Shown: positions 11,428-21,965 of the stretch, in pieces
Layout of the letters: each line of letters starts with the position of its first letter
Numbering within the stretch: the first letter of the stretch is position 1
Source: Campylobacter sp.
Lineage (GTDB): Bacteria; Campylobacterota; Campylobacteria; Campylobacterales; Campylobacteraceae
Length of the DNA stretch: 64,000 bases
NCBI RefSeq assembly: GCF_030528245.1
Contig: NZ_JAUMZG010000001.1
Location: 9,974 to 73,973, forward strand
Reading direction: 5' to 3'
Made by a program: the position numbers and the translations under genes
The notes under the pieces: generated by a model
The model's input: only the letters and a program-made list of their open reading frames with translations
The model's database searches: none
What the model was told of the DNA's origin: nothing

Positions 11428-11817
11428 ATGACCCACTCAAGCCCCATCCACCCTTATCTAGGCATTTTTGTCATGCTTGTTTTATCAAGCCTGATTTTTT
11501 TCGGCTTGGTTTTTTTGGCTTCAAAAATCGGCAATCATTTCGCCGCCAAAAATCGCAAAAAACTGAGCTCAGGCATTTACGAGTGCGGTCCTATCCCCGT
11601 CAAACAAGCCAATAAAATCAACTCCCAGTTTTTCATCACGGCGTTGGTCTTCATTCTTTTGGATATTGAGGTGGTGTTTTTATTCCCTTGGGCTTTGATT
11701 TTTAGGGATTTGGGCTGGTTTGGACTTTGGGAAATTGTCATTTTCATCTTGCTTTTGGGCGTGGGATTCATCTACGCGTATAAAAAAGGAGCGTTTGCGT
11801 GGCAGAGCATCAGGTAG
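11428..11817 (+). CDS. nuoA: NADH-quinone oxidoreductase subunit A
   Basis: [19 protein letters not shown]. Confidence 0.96.
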   Translation: MTHSSPIHPYLGIFVMLVLSSLIFFGLVFLASKIGNHFAAKNRKKLSSGIYECGPIPVKQANKINSQFFITALVFILLDIEVVFLFPWALIFRDLGWFGLWEIVIFILLLGVGFIYAYKKGAFAWQSIR

Positions 11818-12302
11818 ATTATGCGAGCGGTTTGCCCGTGGTTTTGACAAGCGTAGATAAGCTTGTGCAGTGGGGCAGGAGTAATTCTTTGTGGGCCCTG
11901 TCCTATGGGCTTGCTTGCTGTGCGATTGAGATGATGGCGGCGGGAGGTTCGCGCTATGATTTTGACCGCTTTGGGACGATTTTTAGGGCTTCACCGCGTC
12001 ATAGCGAGGTGATGATCATCGCGGGCACGCTTTGTAAAAAGCACGCCGAATTCACACGTCGCCTCTACGACATGATGCCCGATCCCAAGTGGGTGATTTC
12101 CATGGGCAGCTGCGCCAACACGGGCGGTATGTTCAACACCTACTCCACCGTGCAGGGCGTGGATAGGATCATCCCCGTGGATATTTACATCCCAGGCTGC
12201 GCGCCCCGCCCCGAAAGCTTTCAATTCGCTTTGATGATTTTGCAGAAAAAAATTCGCAGGGAAAAAGCCTCACGCAAAATCCCTCCCAAAAGGCTCGTGT
12301 GA
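11799..12302 (+). CDS. nuoB: NADH-quinone oxidoreductase subunit B
   Basis: [23 protein letters not shown]. Confidence 0.97.
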   Translation: MAEHQVDYASGLPVVLTSVDKLVQWGRSNSLWALSYGLACCAIEMMAAGGSRYDFDRFGTIFRASPRHSEVMIIAGTLCKKHAEFTRRLYDMMPDPKWVISMGSCANTGGMFNTYSTVQGVDRIIPVDIYIPGCAPRPESFQFALMILQKKIRREKASRKIPPKRLV

Positions 12303-13093
12303 TGCGAAAGTATAGCGATAAAAAAAACGCCCAGCTTCAAAACTACTACAAAGATAGATTCTACCACGCTCCACACACGGCAAAGCAAGCAGTGGAGGGC
12401 AGCGTTTTTGCGGAATTTTTAGCCGCCGTGCAGGATGAAATCACTGTGATGAATTCTTTCGTGGAGCTTGATTTTTGGGTGGTAGAAATTCAAAAAGAGG
12501 ACAATGTCAAAGCCTTACAATGCCTCAAAAATCTAGGCTTTCAAGTCTTCACTGAGGCGAGTGCTATTGATTTTGTGGCTCAAAAGCAGGGTTTTGAGAT
12601 TTTTTATCAGCTTTTGAATTTGGAGAAAAAGCTAAGGGTGCGCGTGAAGACCTTCGTCGGCGTGAAGGAGCGTTTGAAGAGCGTTGTGAGCGTGTTTAAG
12701 GGGGCCAATTGGAGCGAGAGGGAAATTTATGACATGTTTGGTGTTTTCATCGTGGGGCATCCTAATCTCAAGCGAATTTTAATGCCTGATGATTGGTTCG
12801 GGCATCCTTTTTTAAAGAGCTATCCCTTGCAGGGTGATGAATTTGCAAGGTGGTATGAGATCGATAAAATTTTTGGCAAAGAGTATCGCTCTGTCGTGGG
12901 TGAGGAGCAGAGGGATCCTGGCTTTGCGGACGATAAGGACACTTTAAATTTTGCCAGGCTGTATCACGAAAATCCTAAGGGAGAGCCGCGCAGTAGGGCA
13001 TTTTCGAAGCAGGAGTATCAGGAGGAGGGAGGCGTTGCTTTCGTCAAAAGAGCCACGCGAGATGGGGCTAAAATTTTAGAGAAAAGGCGATAA
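12299..13093 (+). CDS. nuoC: NADH-quinone oxidoreductase subunit C
   Basis: [30 protein letters not shown]. Confidence 0.96.
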   Translation: MMRKYSDKKNAQLQNYYKDRFYHAPHTAKQAVEGSVFAEFLAAVQDEITVMNSFVELDFWVVEIQKEDNVKALQCLKNLGFQVFTEASAIDFVAQKQGFEIFYQLLNLEKKLRVRVKTFVGVKERLKSVVSVFKGANWSEREIYDMFGVFIVGHPNLKRILMPDDWFGHPFLKSYPLQGDEFARWYEIDKIFGKEYRSVVGEEQRDPGFADDKDTLNFARLYHENPKGEPRSRAFSKQEYQEEGGVAFVKRATRDGAKILEKRR

Positions 13094-14320
13094 ATGCAAA
13101 TTCCTAGCAAACTGAAGCCCTATTACGAAAACATCGCCTTCGAGCGCGAGGATTCAACGATGATCATCAATCTTGGCCCCCAGCATCCGTCCGCGCACGG
13201 GAATTTACGACTCATTTTGGAGCTTGATGGGGAGCAGGTTGTCAAGGCGCGCCCCTGCATAGGCTACATGCATCGCGGGATGGAAAAGATGGCTGAGAAT
13301 ATGATTTATCAGGAGTTCATCCCCACTACTGATAGGATGGACTATATCGCTGCTTCGGCAAATAATTACGCATATTGCGCGGCGGTTGAAAAGCTTTGTG
13401 GGCTTGAAATTCCACGCCGCGCAGCGGTGATCCGCATGATACTTTTGGAGCTCAATCGCATCGCCTCACACCTGCTTTGGCTTGCCACGCACGCCTTGGA
13501 TATTGGGGCGATGAGCGTGTTTTTGTATTGCTTCAGAGAGCGCGAATATGTGCTTGATTTGATAGAGCGCTATTGCGGGGCGCGGCTTACGCACTCTTCC
13601 ATGCGTATCGGTGGGGTGATGCTTGACTTGCCCGAGGGTTTTTTGCAGGAGCTTTTGGCCTTTTGTGCGAAATTTCCAAACGATGTCAAGGACTATGAAG
13701 CCCTTTTGGATGACAACAGAATTTGGCGCTTGCGGACGGAAAATGTCGGCGTGGTGAGCAAGGAGCAGGCGATGAATTGGGGCTGCTCGGGCGTGATGCT
13801 TCGGGGCAGCGGGGTGTGCTATGACATCCGCAAAGAAGAGCCTTATTTGCTTTATGCCGAGGTGGATTTTGCCGTGCCTTACGCCACTCAGGGCGATTCT
13901 TATGCCAGATATAAGGTCTATATGCAGGAATTCAGGCAAAGCGTCAAAATTTTACACCAGTGCGCCCAGCTCTACAAAGACACACCGCCTGAAATTTTAG
14001 CCCATCATCCTGAGTATGTCAGCGCTTCTAAGGAGCAAATTCTCACGCAAAATTACTCTCTAATGCAGCACTTCGTCCTCATCACTCAGGGGCTCAAACC
14101 CCCAAAAGGCGAGGTTTATGTGCCGACTGAAAGCCCTAAGGGTGAGCTTGGTTTTTTCATCCACAGCGATGGCACGGGTAGGCCCTATCGCCTCAAGGCG
14201 CGCACTCCTAGCTTCTGGCACTGTGCGTTTTTTGAGGAGATGCTTGTGGGGACTTATTTGGCCGATGTTGTGGCGATTATGGGGAATGTGAATATCGTTT
14301 TGGGTGAGATCGATCGATGA
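13094..14320 (+). CDS. nuoD: NADH-quinone oxidoreductase subunit D
   Basis: [28 protein letters not shown]-terminal GEIDR. Confidence 0.97.
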   Translation: MQIPSKLKPYYENIAFEREDSTMIINLGPQHPSAHGNLRLILELDGEQVVKARPCIGYMHRGMEKMAENMIYQEFIPTTDRMDYIAASANNYAYCAAVEKLCGLEIPRRAAVIRMILLELNRIASHLLWLATHALDIGAMSVFLYCFREREYVLDLIERYCGARLTHSSMRIGGVMLDLPEGFLQELLAFCAKFPNDVKDYEALLDDNRIWRLRTENVGVVSKEQAMNWGCSGVMLRGSGVCYDIRKEEPYLLYAEVDFAVPYATQGDSYARYKVYMQEFRQSVKILHQCAQLYKDTPPEILAHHPEYVSASKEQILTQNYSLMQHFVLITQGLKPPKGEVYVPTESPKGELGFFIHSDGTGRPYRLKARTPSFWHCAFFEEMLVGTYLADVVAIMGNVNIVLGEIDR

Positions 14321-14541
14321 GACGGGTGGATTTGAGAAAGAGCGAGGATTTGTTTGCAAGCCTCAAGGAGCTTATCGCGAACGCGCAGGTGGGCGAGGTT
14401 TTGGTGGTGCTTTTTGAAATTGGCGATTTTACGGCAGTGGAGCAAAGCTTTGCCTTTGTGCAAGAACACAATTGTGAGCTTTTAAATTCCTTAAAATTTA
14501 ATCAGGTCGATTGGACCATAGTGATTAAAAAGGTGGGCTAA
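14317..14541 (+). CDS. Epsilonproteobacterial complex I small subunit in the NuoE position (Cj1575c/NuoX-like)
   Basis: MRRVDLR...[12 protein letters not shown]; between nuoD and nuoG; no Fe-S cysteine cluster. Confidence 0.85.
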   Translation: MRRVDLRKSEDLFASLKELIANAQVGEVLVVLFEIGDFTAVEQSFAFVQEHNCELLNSLKFNQVDWTIVIKKVG

Positions 14542-15233
14542 TGCGGTATCAAAACGCGCTTTTTTTGATGGATATGCCCAGCCTTAAAAATCCTTCTTTT
14601 TGCGAGAAATTCAGCGGGGAAAATGTCCTCATTTCTTGCCTTGAGGATAAAAATTTACCAGCCAAATTTTACAAATGCGAAATCGCCAGCCTTAGCTTTG
14701 TCCTAGCCCTGCTTTGCAAGATGAGCGATGCGGATGCGTTTGGCGACTTGGACGAGGGCTATTTGAGTGCGGAGTCTTGCTTGGGCGAGGAGGAGGCGGC
14801 GGAGATTTTAAGCTTTTTGCAAACGGCGAAGTATTTGGTGGTTGATGAGAATTTAAACGCCACTAAGGACGGTGAAAATATAAAGTATTTTTTAAATTTT
14901 CTCAGTCAAAAATTCCAGCTCGAAATTCTCAATAGCGGGGGGGAAAGATGCGATTTTAAAAATAGCAAACGCGCTGCCCTAAAGGAGCTTGATAATTACG
15001 ATGGCTTGGTGCTCTTTAAGGTGCCCTTGCAGGATGGGTATTTGCACTGCTCGCGGCAGTTTTTGAGCCTCGCAAGATGTCAGGATAAAAGCGAGGTTGA
15101 AGTGGAGGCTGGGGGTTTTAAATTTAGGGCACTTTTAAAACTGGATGAGGCCCTGCAGGGCACTATTGCCCTTTTGGATAATGAAAAATTGGGCTTTGAC
15201 TTCACTCAAATCCGCATAAAGGAAGCAAAATGA
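14541..15233 (+). CDS. Epsilonproteobacterial complex I subunit in the NuoF position (Cj1574c/NuoY-like)
   Basis: DEGYLSAESC, ELDNYDGLV; no NADH/FMN motifs; operon position. Confidence 0.8.
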   Translation: MRYQNALFLMDMPSLKNPSFCEKFSGENVLISCLEDKNLPAKFYKCEIASLSFVLALLCKMSDADAFGDLDEGYLSAESCLGEEEAAEILSFLQTAKYLVVDENLNATKDGENIKYFLNFLSQKFQLEILNSGGERCDFKNSKRAALKELDNYDGLVLFKVPLQDGYLHCSRQFLSLARCQDKSEVEVEAGGFKFRALLKLDEALQGTIALLDNEKLGFDFTQIRIKEAK

Positions 15234-17695
15234 CGATACAAATCAATGGCAAAATTTGCACCTTTGACGAGGGCGAATACATCCTCAATATCGCTAGACG
15301 CAACGACATCTTCATCCCGGCCATTTGCTACCTTTCAAACTGCAGCCCGACCCTAGCCTGTCGCATGTGCATGGTGGAGGCGGATGGCAAAAAGACCTAC
15401 GCCTGTAATACCAAGGCCAAAGAGGGGATGGTGGTGGAGAGCGATTTGCCCGCTTTGTGGAGTGAGCGGGATGAGATCATGCAGGCCTACTGCATCAACC
15501 ATCCCCTAGAATGCGGCGTTTGCGATAAATCGGGCGAGTGTGAGCTCCAAAATTTCACGCACAAGGCTCGCGTTGATACGCAAAAGCACTGGATCAGGGA
15601 CACGCACAAGCCCCATCAGCACTGGGGACACATCAATTACGACCCCGCTCTTTGCATCGTTTGTGAGCGCTGCATCACGGTGTGCAAGGATAAAATCGGC
15701 GAAAGCGCTCTAAAAACGACCCCAAGAGGCGGCGATGGCATTGACAATAGCTTCAAAGAAAGCATGGGAAAGGACGCTTTTGCGGTGTGGAGCAAATTTC
15801 AAAAAAGCCTCATCGCGCCCGCCACAGGAGGCGAGAAGCTCGACTGTGAGGGCTGCGGAGAATGCACGAGCGTCTGCCCCACAGGCGCCTTAATCGGGGC
15901 CAAATTCCAATACACCTCAAACATCTGGGAGCTGCATCGCATCCCCGCTTCCAATCCACATTCTAGCGATTGTGAGCTGCTTTATTATGATGTGAAGCAA
16001 GGCGGGATCGCCCTGCAAAAGCCTAAAATTTACCGCGTGAGTAATGATTTTGCCTTTGCACCGCTCAACCGGGCGGCACGCTTTGGATTTGACACGCAAA
16101 ATGAGGCCAAAAAGGACGAGGCCGCTTTTGGGCGGCTTGTGGAGGGGCTTAAAAATGGGGTGTTTAAGAATCTTAAATTCAATAGCTTTATCACCAATGA
16201 AGAGGCCTTGATTTTGCAAAATTTGAAGGAAAAATTCAAGCTCAGGCTCATCAACGAAGAAGCCTTGAAATTCAAGGAATTTTTAGAGGAGTTCATCGCC
16301 CATTGTGGTGCGCTTTACAATGCCACGAGTGAGGATGTGTCGGGGAGCGATTTTCTGGTCGTTGCGGGCACACTTTTGCGCTATGATGCGCCAACTTTGA
16401 GCTATAAAATCAACAACGCCCTCGTGATGAACAAGGGCGCGGGGCTTTATTTCCATCCGCTTAAAGATAAGGGCGTGGAAAAATACGCCAAAAATTTCAT
16501 CACCCACACGCACAAAAGCGGGGATGAGGAGCAAATTTTGTATTTCATCCTGCAAAAATTCAGCACCGATGAGGGCTTGAGGGCGCAGCTTGAGGAATTT
16601 TTCACGCAGGAGGATAGGGAGCTTGAGGAGAGCGTCAGTGAGGAGGTTATCGAGCTTGTGAGCGAAAAGGACGAGGCGGGAAATGAAATTCAAAAAGAGG
16701 TCAAAAAAACCATCAATAAAAAGGTCAAAAAAATCGTCCCAGTAAAACGCAGCATTTTTGCTAAAAATTTAGGAGTGGATGAGGACAAATTGCAGGATTT
16801 GCTGCTGAAAAAGTCTAGTTTTACCCTCGTGGTGGGGAGTGATTTTTATTTTCATGCGCGGAGTAAAAAACTCGCCCGCCTCCTAGCTCTCGTGCAAAAA
16901 ACGACGCCCTTTAAGGTCTTTTTAAACCCCACCCACACGAACACTTTGGGCGTGGCTTTGATTTGTGATTTGGATACGGAGGCACAGGAGGGTCAAACTT
17001 TGGGCTATAACGAAGGGGGCGATTTTAGCTTTTCTTACGAGGAGGGAAGCGATTTGGCTAGCGCTAGCCTCAATCAGCAGGAGGGCACCTTTCTAAACTA
17101 CGATAAAAGGGTCGTTCCAACCAATGCGGCCTTGGAATTTGAAGGCTATTTTCTCAACGATCTCGCGCAAAGCTTGGGCTTTGATGAAGAATACACCATC
17201 GATCACACCCCGAAACTGCCGAGCGATAAAGGCTTTTTGCCCCTTGAATTTGACAGCCTTGAAAACCACTACACCAACGGCGGCGCCAACAAAAGGGGCT
17301 ATGCTCTAAATTTAGCCTGTTTTGAGGGGGAGGCGCGTTTGCGGTTTGAAGAGCCTGAATTTGCAAATTTAAATTTGAAAGAAGATGAAATTTTGCTCCA
17401 CAGCGCTAATCCCAGCCATCATTTTGGACGCTTTTCAAACAGGGCCAGCGCGATCAAAGAAGAGCTTTTTTTGGGCCTGAGTGAGGGCTTGGCGAAGGAG
17501 ATGGGGCTGCAAGATGGCGATGAAATTCGCCTCACAATCAAAAACGAAAAGCTAACCCTAAGCCTTAGGGTGGATAAAAATTTGAGCAATGGCGCTTACT
17601 TGCCCTATTTTGACGCGAGTTTGGATACCTTGAAATTTTTTGACGAGAGGTTTGTGGCGGCAAAGCTAGAAAAAATAGGAGCAAAAAATGAGTGA
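15230..17695 (+). CDS. nuoG: NADH-quinone oxidoreductase subunit G
   Basis: IPAICY..CRMC, HPLECGVCDKSGECELQ, CIVCERC, CEGCGECTSVCP. Confidence 0.97.
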   Translation: MTIQINGKICTFDEGEYILNIARRNDIFIPAICYLSNCSPTLACRMCMVEADGKKTYACNTKAKEGMVVESDLPALWSERDEIMQAYCINHPLECGVCDKSGECELQNFTHKARVDTQKHWIRDTHKPHQHWGHINYDPALCIVCERCITVCKDKIGESALKTTPRGGDGIDNSFKESMGKDAFAVWSKFQKSLIAPATGGEKLDCEGCGECTSVCPTGALIGAKFQYTSNIWELHRIPASNPHSSDCELLYYDVKQGGIALQKPKIYRVSNDFAFAPLNRAARFGFDTQNEAKKDEAAFGRLVEGLKNGVFKNLKFNSFITNEEALILQNLKEKFKLRLINEEALKFKEFLEEFIAHCGALYNATSEDVSGSDFLVVAGTLLRYDAPTLSYKINNALVMNKGAGLYFHPLKDKGVEKYAKNFITHTHKSGDEEQILYFILQKFSTDEGLRAQLEEFFTQEDRELEESVSEEVIELVSEKDEAGNEIQKEVKKTINKKVKKIVPVKRSIFAKNLGVDEDKLQDLLLKKSSFTLVVGSDFYFHARSKKLARLLALVQKTTPFKVFLNPTHTNTLGVALICDLDTEAQEGQTLGYNEGGDFSFSYEEGSDLASASLNQQEGTFLNYDKRVVPTNAALEFEGYFLNDLAQSLGFDEEYTIDHTPKLPSDKGFLPLEFDSLENHYTNGGANKRGYALNLACFEGEARLRFEEPEFANLNLKEDEILLHSANPSHHFGRFSNRASAIKEELFLGLSEGLAKEMGLQDGDEIRLTIKNEKLTLSLRVDKNLSNGAYLPYFDASLDTLKFFDERFVAAKLEKIGAKNE

Positions 17696-18686
17696 TTTTG
17701 CCTTTTTACTGCTAGAAATTTTCATAAAATGCCTACTGGTTTTGGCGCTTTTAGCGACTTTGGCGGGTTTTGCGACCTATGCAGAGAGGAAGGTTTTGGC
17801 TTATTTTCAAAGGCGCATAGGGCCCGATATGGTAGGCCCCTTTGGGCTTATCCAGCTTGTGGCGGATATGATCAAGCTTTTCACAAAGGAGGACATCATC
17901 CCCTCAAATTCACAAAAGCTCATCTTCGCCATCGCCCCGCTTATCGCGGCCATTTGCGCCTTCGTATCCCTAGCCGCCATTCCCATGCTGCCTGAATTCA
18001 CGCTCTTTGGCCACACCATAAGGCCCATCATCGCTGACATTAATGTCGCCCTGCTCTTTGTCATCGGCACCTCAGGGCTGTGTTTTTATGCGATATTTTT
18101 GGGCGGACTGGCAAGTAATAACAAATACTCCATCATCGGCGCCGCAAGGGCTCTTGTGGCCATCATTTCCTACGAAAGCGTGAGCGCGCTGGCCCTGGTG
18201 GCTGTGGTGATGCTGGTGGGATCCTTTTCTTTGATCGAGATCAATAATTATCAAAGCGAGGGAATTTTTTCGTGGCTCATTTTCAAGCAGCCCCTAGCTT
18301 TTGTGCTTTTCATCATCGCGCTTTTCATTGAGACAAACCGCACCCCGCTTTGCCTCACTGAAAACGAAGCCGACATCGTCTCAGGCTATGGCACGGAGTA
18401 TTCGGGGCTTCGCTGGGGGATGTTTTTCATCGGCGAGTACACCTCGATGATGGCTGGGGCGATCTTGGTAACGCTTTTATTTTTGGGGGGATTTAATGCA
18501 TTTTGGATCATCCCGGGCTGGGTGATGATGATCTTAAAAACAAGCTTTGTTTTCTTTTGGTATTTTTGGGCGCGGGCGGCTTTTCCGCAGTTAAGACCCG
18601 ATCAGGTGATGAAAATGTGCTATTTGATTTTAATCCCCCTAGCGGTTTTAAATCTTTTACTAACGGCCTTGGCCGCATTGGTTTAG
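17688..18686 (+). CDS. nuoH: NADH-quinone oxidoreductase subunit H
   Basis: ERKVLA.FQRRIGP, AD.IKLFTKE, ETNRTP, GY.TEYSG. Confidence 0.97.
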   Translation: MSDFAFLLLEIFIKCLLVLALLATLAGFATYAERKVLAYFQRRIGPDMVGPFGLIQLVADMIKLFTKEDIIPSNSQKLIFAIAPLIAAICAFVSLAAIPMLPEFTLFGHTIRPIIADINVALLFVIGTSGLCFYAIFLGGLASNNKYSIIGAARALVAIISYESVSALALVAVVMLVGSFSLIEINNYQSEGIFSWLIFKQPLAFVLFIIALFIETNRTPLCLTENEADIVSGYGTEYSGLRWGMFFIGEYTSMMAGAILVTLLFLGGFNAFWIIPGWVMMILKTSFVFFWYFWARAAFPQLRPDQVMKMCYLILIPLAVLNLLLTALAALV

Positions 18687-18691
18687 GAGCG

Positions 18692-19351
18692 ATGATGAAA
18701 AACTATTTTTTAGTGGATGAAAAGAGAAAATTAAAACTCAGTCCCGGTGAAAAATGGGCTAGAGTCATAAAACGCAGCGTGAAACTGGAGCTTTTTGTGG
18801 GCTTGTGGGTGGTGATGCGAGAGCTTTTGAAAAGGGGAAATTCCGCCACGATCAAATACCCCTTTGAAAAGGTCAAAACGGACAATCGCTACCGCGCTGT
18901 GCATCGCTTGATGCGTTTCATAGAAAGCGAAAATGAAAGGTGCATAGGCTGCGGTTTGTGCGAAAAAATTTGCATCAGCAACTGCATCAGAATGGAAACC
19001 TCACTGGACGCAAACGGACGCAAAAAAGTGGGCAATTACAGCATCAATCTGGGGCGTTGTATTTATTGTGGATTTTGCGCGGAGGTCTGCCCCGAGCTCG
19101 CCATAGTCCACGGCACAGAATTTGAAAACGCCGCCGAGCAGAGATCGTATTTTGGCTATAAAGAAGATTTTTTAACGCCCATCGACAAGCTTAAAAATCA
19201 AGTGGAATTTGAAGGAGCGGGGAGTTTGAGGGAGGATGCGGATGCCTTTGTGAAGAAAACGCCCCAGTACTATGAAATTTTGCAAAGCAGGGAGCGGGAT
19301 TTATGCGATGAGGAAAAATGCACCCTGCCTAAAACTGAGGGAGAAAAATGA
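18692..19351 (+). CDS. nuoI: NADH-quinone oxidoreductase subunit I
   Basis: [11 protein letters not shown] and [12 protein letters not shown] ferredoxin motifs; AGGAG RBS before ATG 18692/18695. Confidence 0.96.
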   Translation: MMKNYFLVDEKRKLKLSPGEKWARVIKRSVKLELFVGLWVVMRELLKRGNSATIKYPFEKVKTDNRYRAVHRLMRFIESENERCIGCGLCEKICISNCIRMETSLDANGRKKVGNYSINLGRCIYCGFCAEVCPELAIVHGTEFENAAEQRSYFGYKEDFLTPIDKLKNQVEFEGAGSLREDADAFVKKTPQYYEILQSRERDLCDEEKCTLPKTEGEK

Positions 19352-19869
19352 TGATGGAGCAGCTTTCTTTTGTGTTTTTTAGCGTCATAGTTTTGGGCTT
19401 TTTTGCCGTGGCGGTGTGGAGCAAAAATATGCTCCATGCGCTTTCAGCTTTAGCGGGGGGGATGGTGTTTTTATCGGGCTTTTATTTCTTACTGGATGCG
19501 GAATTTATCGGCGCGATACAAATCATCGTCTATAGCGGAGCGGTGCTTGGAATTTACAGCTTTGCGATGATGTTTTTTGATGCTTCTGCGGATTTTAAGG
19601 AAAAAATCAGGGCCAAAAAAAGCTTTTTTCTCCTCATTTTCTCCAGTCTAGCCCTTCTCTCCTCGACGCTTGTGGGATTTAGGTGGGTTGAGGGCGGTGG
19701 GAATTTGCCCCTTAGGGCGACGAAATTTTTTGACTTCAACGAGCAGCTTGCTTTGGCCATTTTTTCAAAATTCCTCCTCGCCTTTGAATTTGTAGCCATC
19801 TTGCTTTTGATCGCCCTAGTTTGCGCGGTGGTTTTGACGCAAAAGGACCTTGCGGGAGAAAAACGATGA
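19348..19869 (+). CDS. nuoJ: NADH-quinone oxidoreductase subunit J
   Basis: [26 protein letters not shown]. Confidence 0.95.
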   Translation: MMMEQLSFVFFSVIVLGFFAVAVWSKNMLHALSALAGGMVFLSGFYFLLDAEFIGAIQIIVYSGAVLGIYSFAMMFFDASADFKEKIRAKKSFFLLIFSSLALLSSTLVGFRWVEGGGNLPLRATKFFDFNEQLALAIFSKFLLAFEFVAILLLIALVCAVVLTQKDLAGEKR

Positions 19870-20162
19870 TAGAAAAATATTTTTTCGTAGCGTTTTTGAT
19901 GTTTGTTTTGGGACTGGTGGGGATTTTAAAGCGGCAAAATCTCATCATGCTTTTCATCGCCACAGAAATTTTACTCAACGCCGCCAACCTCGCCCTCATC
20001 GCCGCCTCAAAGCTTCACAACGACCTTGGCGGACAAATTTTTGCCCTTTTTGTGATGGCGGTGGCAGCATCTGAGGTGGCTGTGGGCGTGGCCCTGTGCG
20101 TGCTGTGGTATCGAAAAACGGGCTCTTTAGAGCTTAAAAGCCTGAAAGAAGAGGGGGCTTAG
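19866..20162 (+). CDS. nuoK: NADH-quinone oxidoreductase subunit K
   Basis: EILLNAANL, VAASEVAVG; start at MIEKY. Confidence 0.95.
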   Translation: MIEKYFFVAFLMFVLGLVGILKRQNLIMLFIATEILLNAANLALIAASKLHNDLGGQIFALFVMAVAASEVAVGVALCVLWYRKTGSLELKSLKEEGA

Positions 20163-21965
20163 ATGCAAAATTTAGCCCTCATCGCCCTTTTTGCGCCGCT
20201 TCTTTCCTTCGCCCTTGCGGCTTGTTTTGCTCTGCGTCCTAAAAATCTCCTCATCGCCACGCTTTGCTCCCTGCTCATAGGACTCAGTGCCCTTTCCTCG
20301 CTTTATTTGCTTTGGCACGATCAAAGCTTCAACCTCACGCTTTTTGAGTGGTTCATGGGGGTGAATTTTGGCTTTGATATCGATGCACTTTCTTTAGTGA
20401 TGATGAGTGTTGTGGGCGTGGTCGCGACCTGCGTGCATTTTTATAGCATTTTTTATATGGAAAAGGACGAGGGCTTTAATAAATTTTTCGCCTATTTGGG
20501 GCTTTTTGTTTTTTCCATGCTATTTTTGGTGATGAGTGATAATTTTCTCGGGCTCTTCGTGGGCTGGGAGGGCGTGGGGCTTTGCTCGTGGCTACTCATA
20601 GGCTTTTGGTATCATAACGACAAATATTCTTTTGCTGCAAACGAAGCCTTTATCATGAACAGAATCGCCGATTTGGGCATGCTTTTGGGGATTTTTTGGC
20701 TCTATTTGCAGGTGGGCACGCTCAAATACGAGGAGGTTTTTGCTCTCTTACAGGGGCTAGATCACGGTGCTCTCCTTTTGATCGCCGCTTGTCTTTTCAT
20801 CGGTGCGATGGGAAAATCCGCCCAGTTCCCCCTCCACACTTGGCTAGCCGATGCGATGGCAGGCCCCACACCCGTCTCCGCCCTCATCCACGCCGCGACT
20901 ATGGTAACGGCGGGGGTTTATCTGGTCGTGAGGGCGAACCCTCTTTATGATTTGGTGCCAGAATTTTCCTATCTCATCGCCCTGATAGGCGCTTTTGTGG
21001 CTCTTTTTGCCGCCTCGATGGCCTTGGTTGCGAGGGATTTAAAGCGCATCATAGCCTACTCCACCCTTTCGCAGCTTGGCTATATGTTCGTAGCTGCAGG
21101 GCTTGGGGCCTATTCTTTAGCGCTTTTTCACCTCACAACCCACGCCTTTTTCAAGTCCCTTTTATTCCTAGGCGCGGGGAATGTCATGCACGCGATGAAC
21201 GATGAGCTAGACATCAAAAAAATGGGCGGACTTTTCAGTCCTCTCAAAATCACGGCGATTTTTATGAGCATCGCAAGCTTGGCTTTGGCTGGAATTTATC
21301 CCTTGTCCGGCTTTTTTTCTAAGGATTTGATTTTAGGCTACGCTTTCATCTCCTTTCATCACGGCATTTTTTTGACGCTTTTAATCGCCGCTTTTATGAC
21401 GGCTTTTTATAGTTTTAGACTTTTGATGCTTGTCTTTTTCACGCCAGCACGCCACAGCGCCCATCCTCACGAGGCAAGCAAAATCGCCCTTTTGGCGATG
21501 AGTCCTTTGCTTGTTTTGGCTGTGATTGCGGGATTTTTTGAGCATGGTTTTTTTGAATTCATCCGCACAAAGCTAGTCCTTATCGACGCGGAAAATTCTT
21601 TGGTGATGATTTTAGCAAGTATGGCGAGTGGACTTGGGATCTTTTTGGCGATTTTGGCTTACGGTAGGGGCTGGTTTAGGGAGAGCGTGGAGCAAAATTT
21701 CTTTCACAAACTTTTGAGCAATGATTATTTTATTCCGCATTTTTATCATCAAATTTTAGTGGCTTGGTGCGTGAGATTTTGTGAATTTGTGAGGCATTTT
21801 GACAAGAGGGGCCTAGACCTTTGCGTGGAGAAAATCGCCACATCCTGCCTCCTGCTTTCCTCAAAAATCATCGTCCCCAATAGCCTGAATTTAATGCTTT
21901 ATTGTTTGGTGGGCGGCTTTGTGATTTTAGGCGTCTTGTGCGTTTTATTTTGGGGAGGCTTGTGA
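20163..21965 (+). CDS. nuoL: NADH-quinone oxidoreductase subunit L
   Basis: GWEGVGLCS, GKSAQFPLHTWLADAMAGPTPVSALIHAATMV, HAFFKSLLFL. Confidence 0.97.
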   Translation: MQNLALIALFAPLLSFALAACFALRPKNLLIATLCSLLIGLSALSSLYLLWHDQSFNLTLFEWFMGVNFGFDIDALSLVMMSVVGVVATCVHFYSIFYMEKDEGFNKFFAYLGLFVFSMLFLVMSDNFLGLFVGWEGVGLCSWLLIGFWYHNDKYSFAANEAFIMNRIADLGMLLGIFWLYLQVGTLKYEEVFALLQGLDHGALLLIAACLFIGAMGKSAQFPLHTWLADAMAGPTPVSALIHAATMVTAGVYLVVRANPLYDLVPEFSYLIALIGAFVALFAASMALVARDLKRIIAYSTLSQLGYMFVAAGLGAYSLALFHLTTHAFFKSLLFLGAGNVMHAMNDELDIKKMGGLFSPLKITAIFMSIASLALAGIYPLSGFFSKDLILGYAFISFHHGIFLTLLIAAFMTAFYSFRLLMLVFFTPARHSAHPHEASKIALLAMSPLLVLAVIAGFFEHGFFEFIRTKLVLIDAENSLVMILASMASGLGIFLAILAYGRGWFRESVEQNFFHKLLSNDYFIPHFYHQILVAWCVRFCEFVRHFDKRGLDLCVEKIATSCLLLSSKIIVPNSLNLMLYCLVGGFVILGVLCVLFWGGL

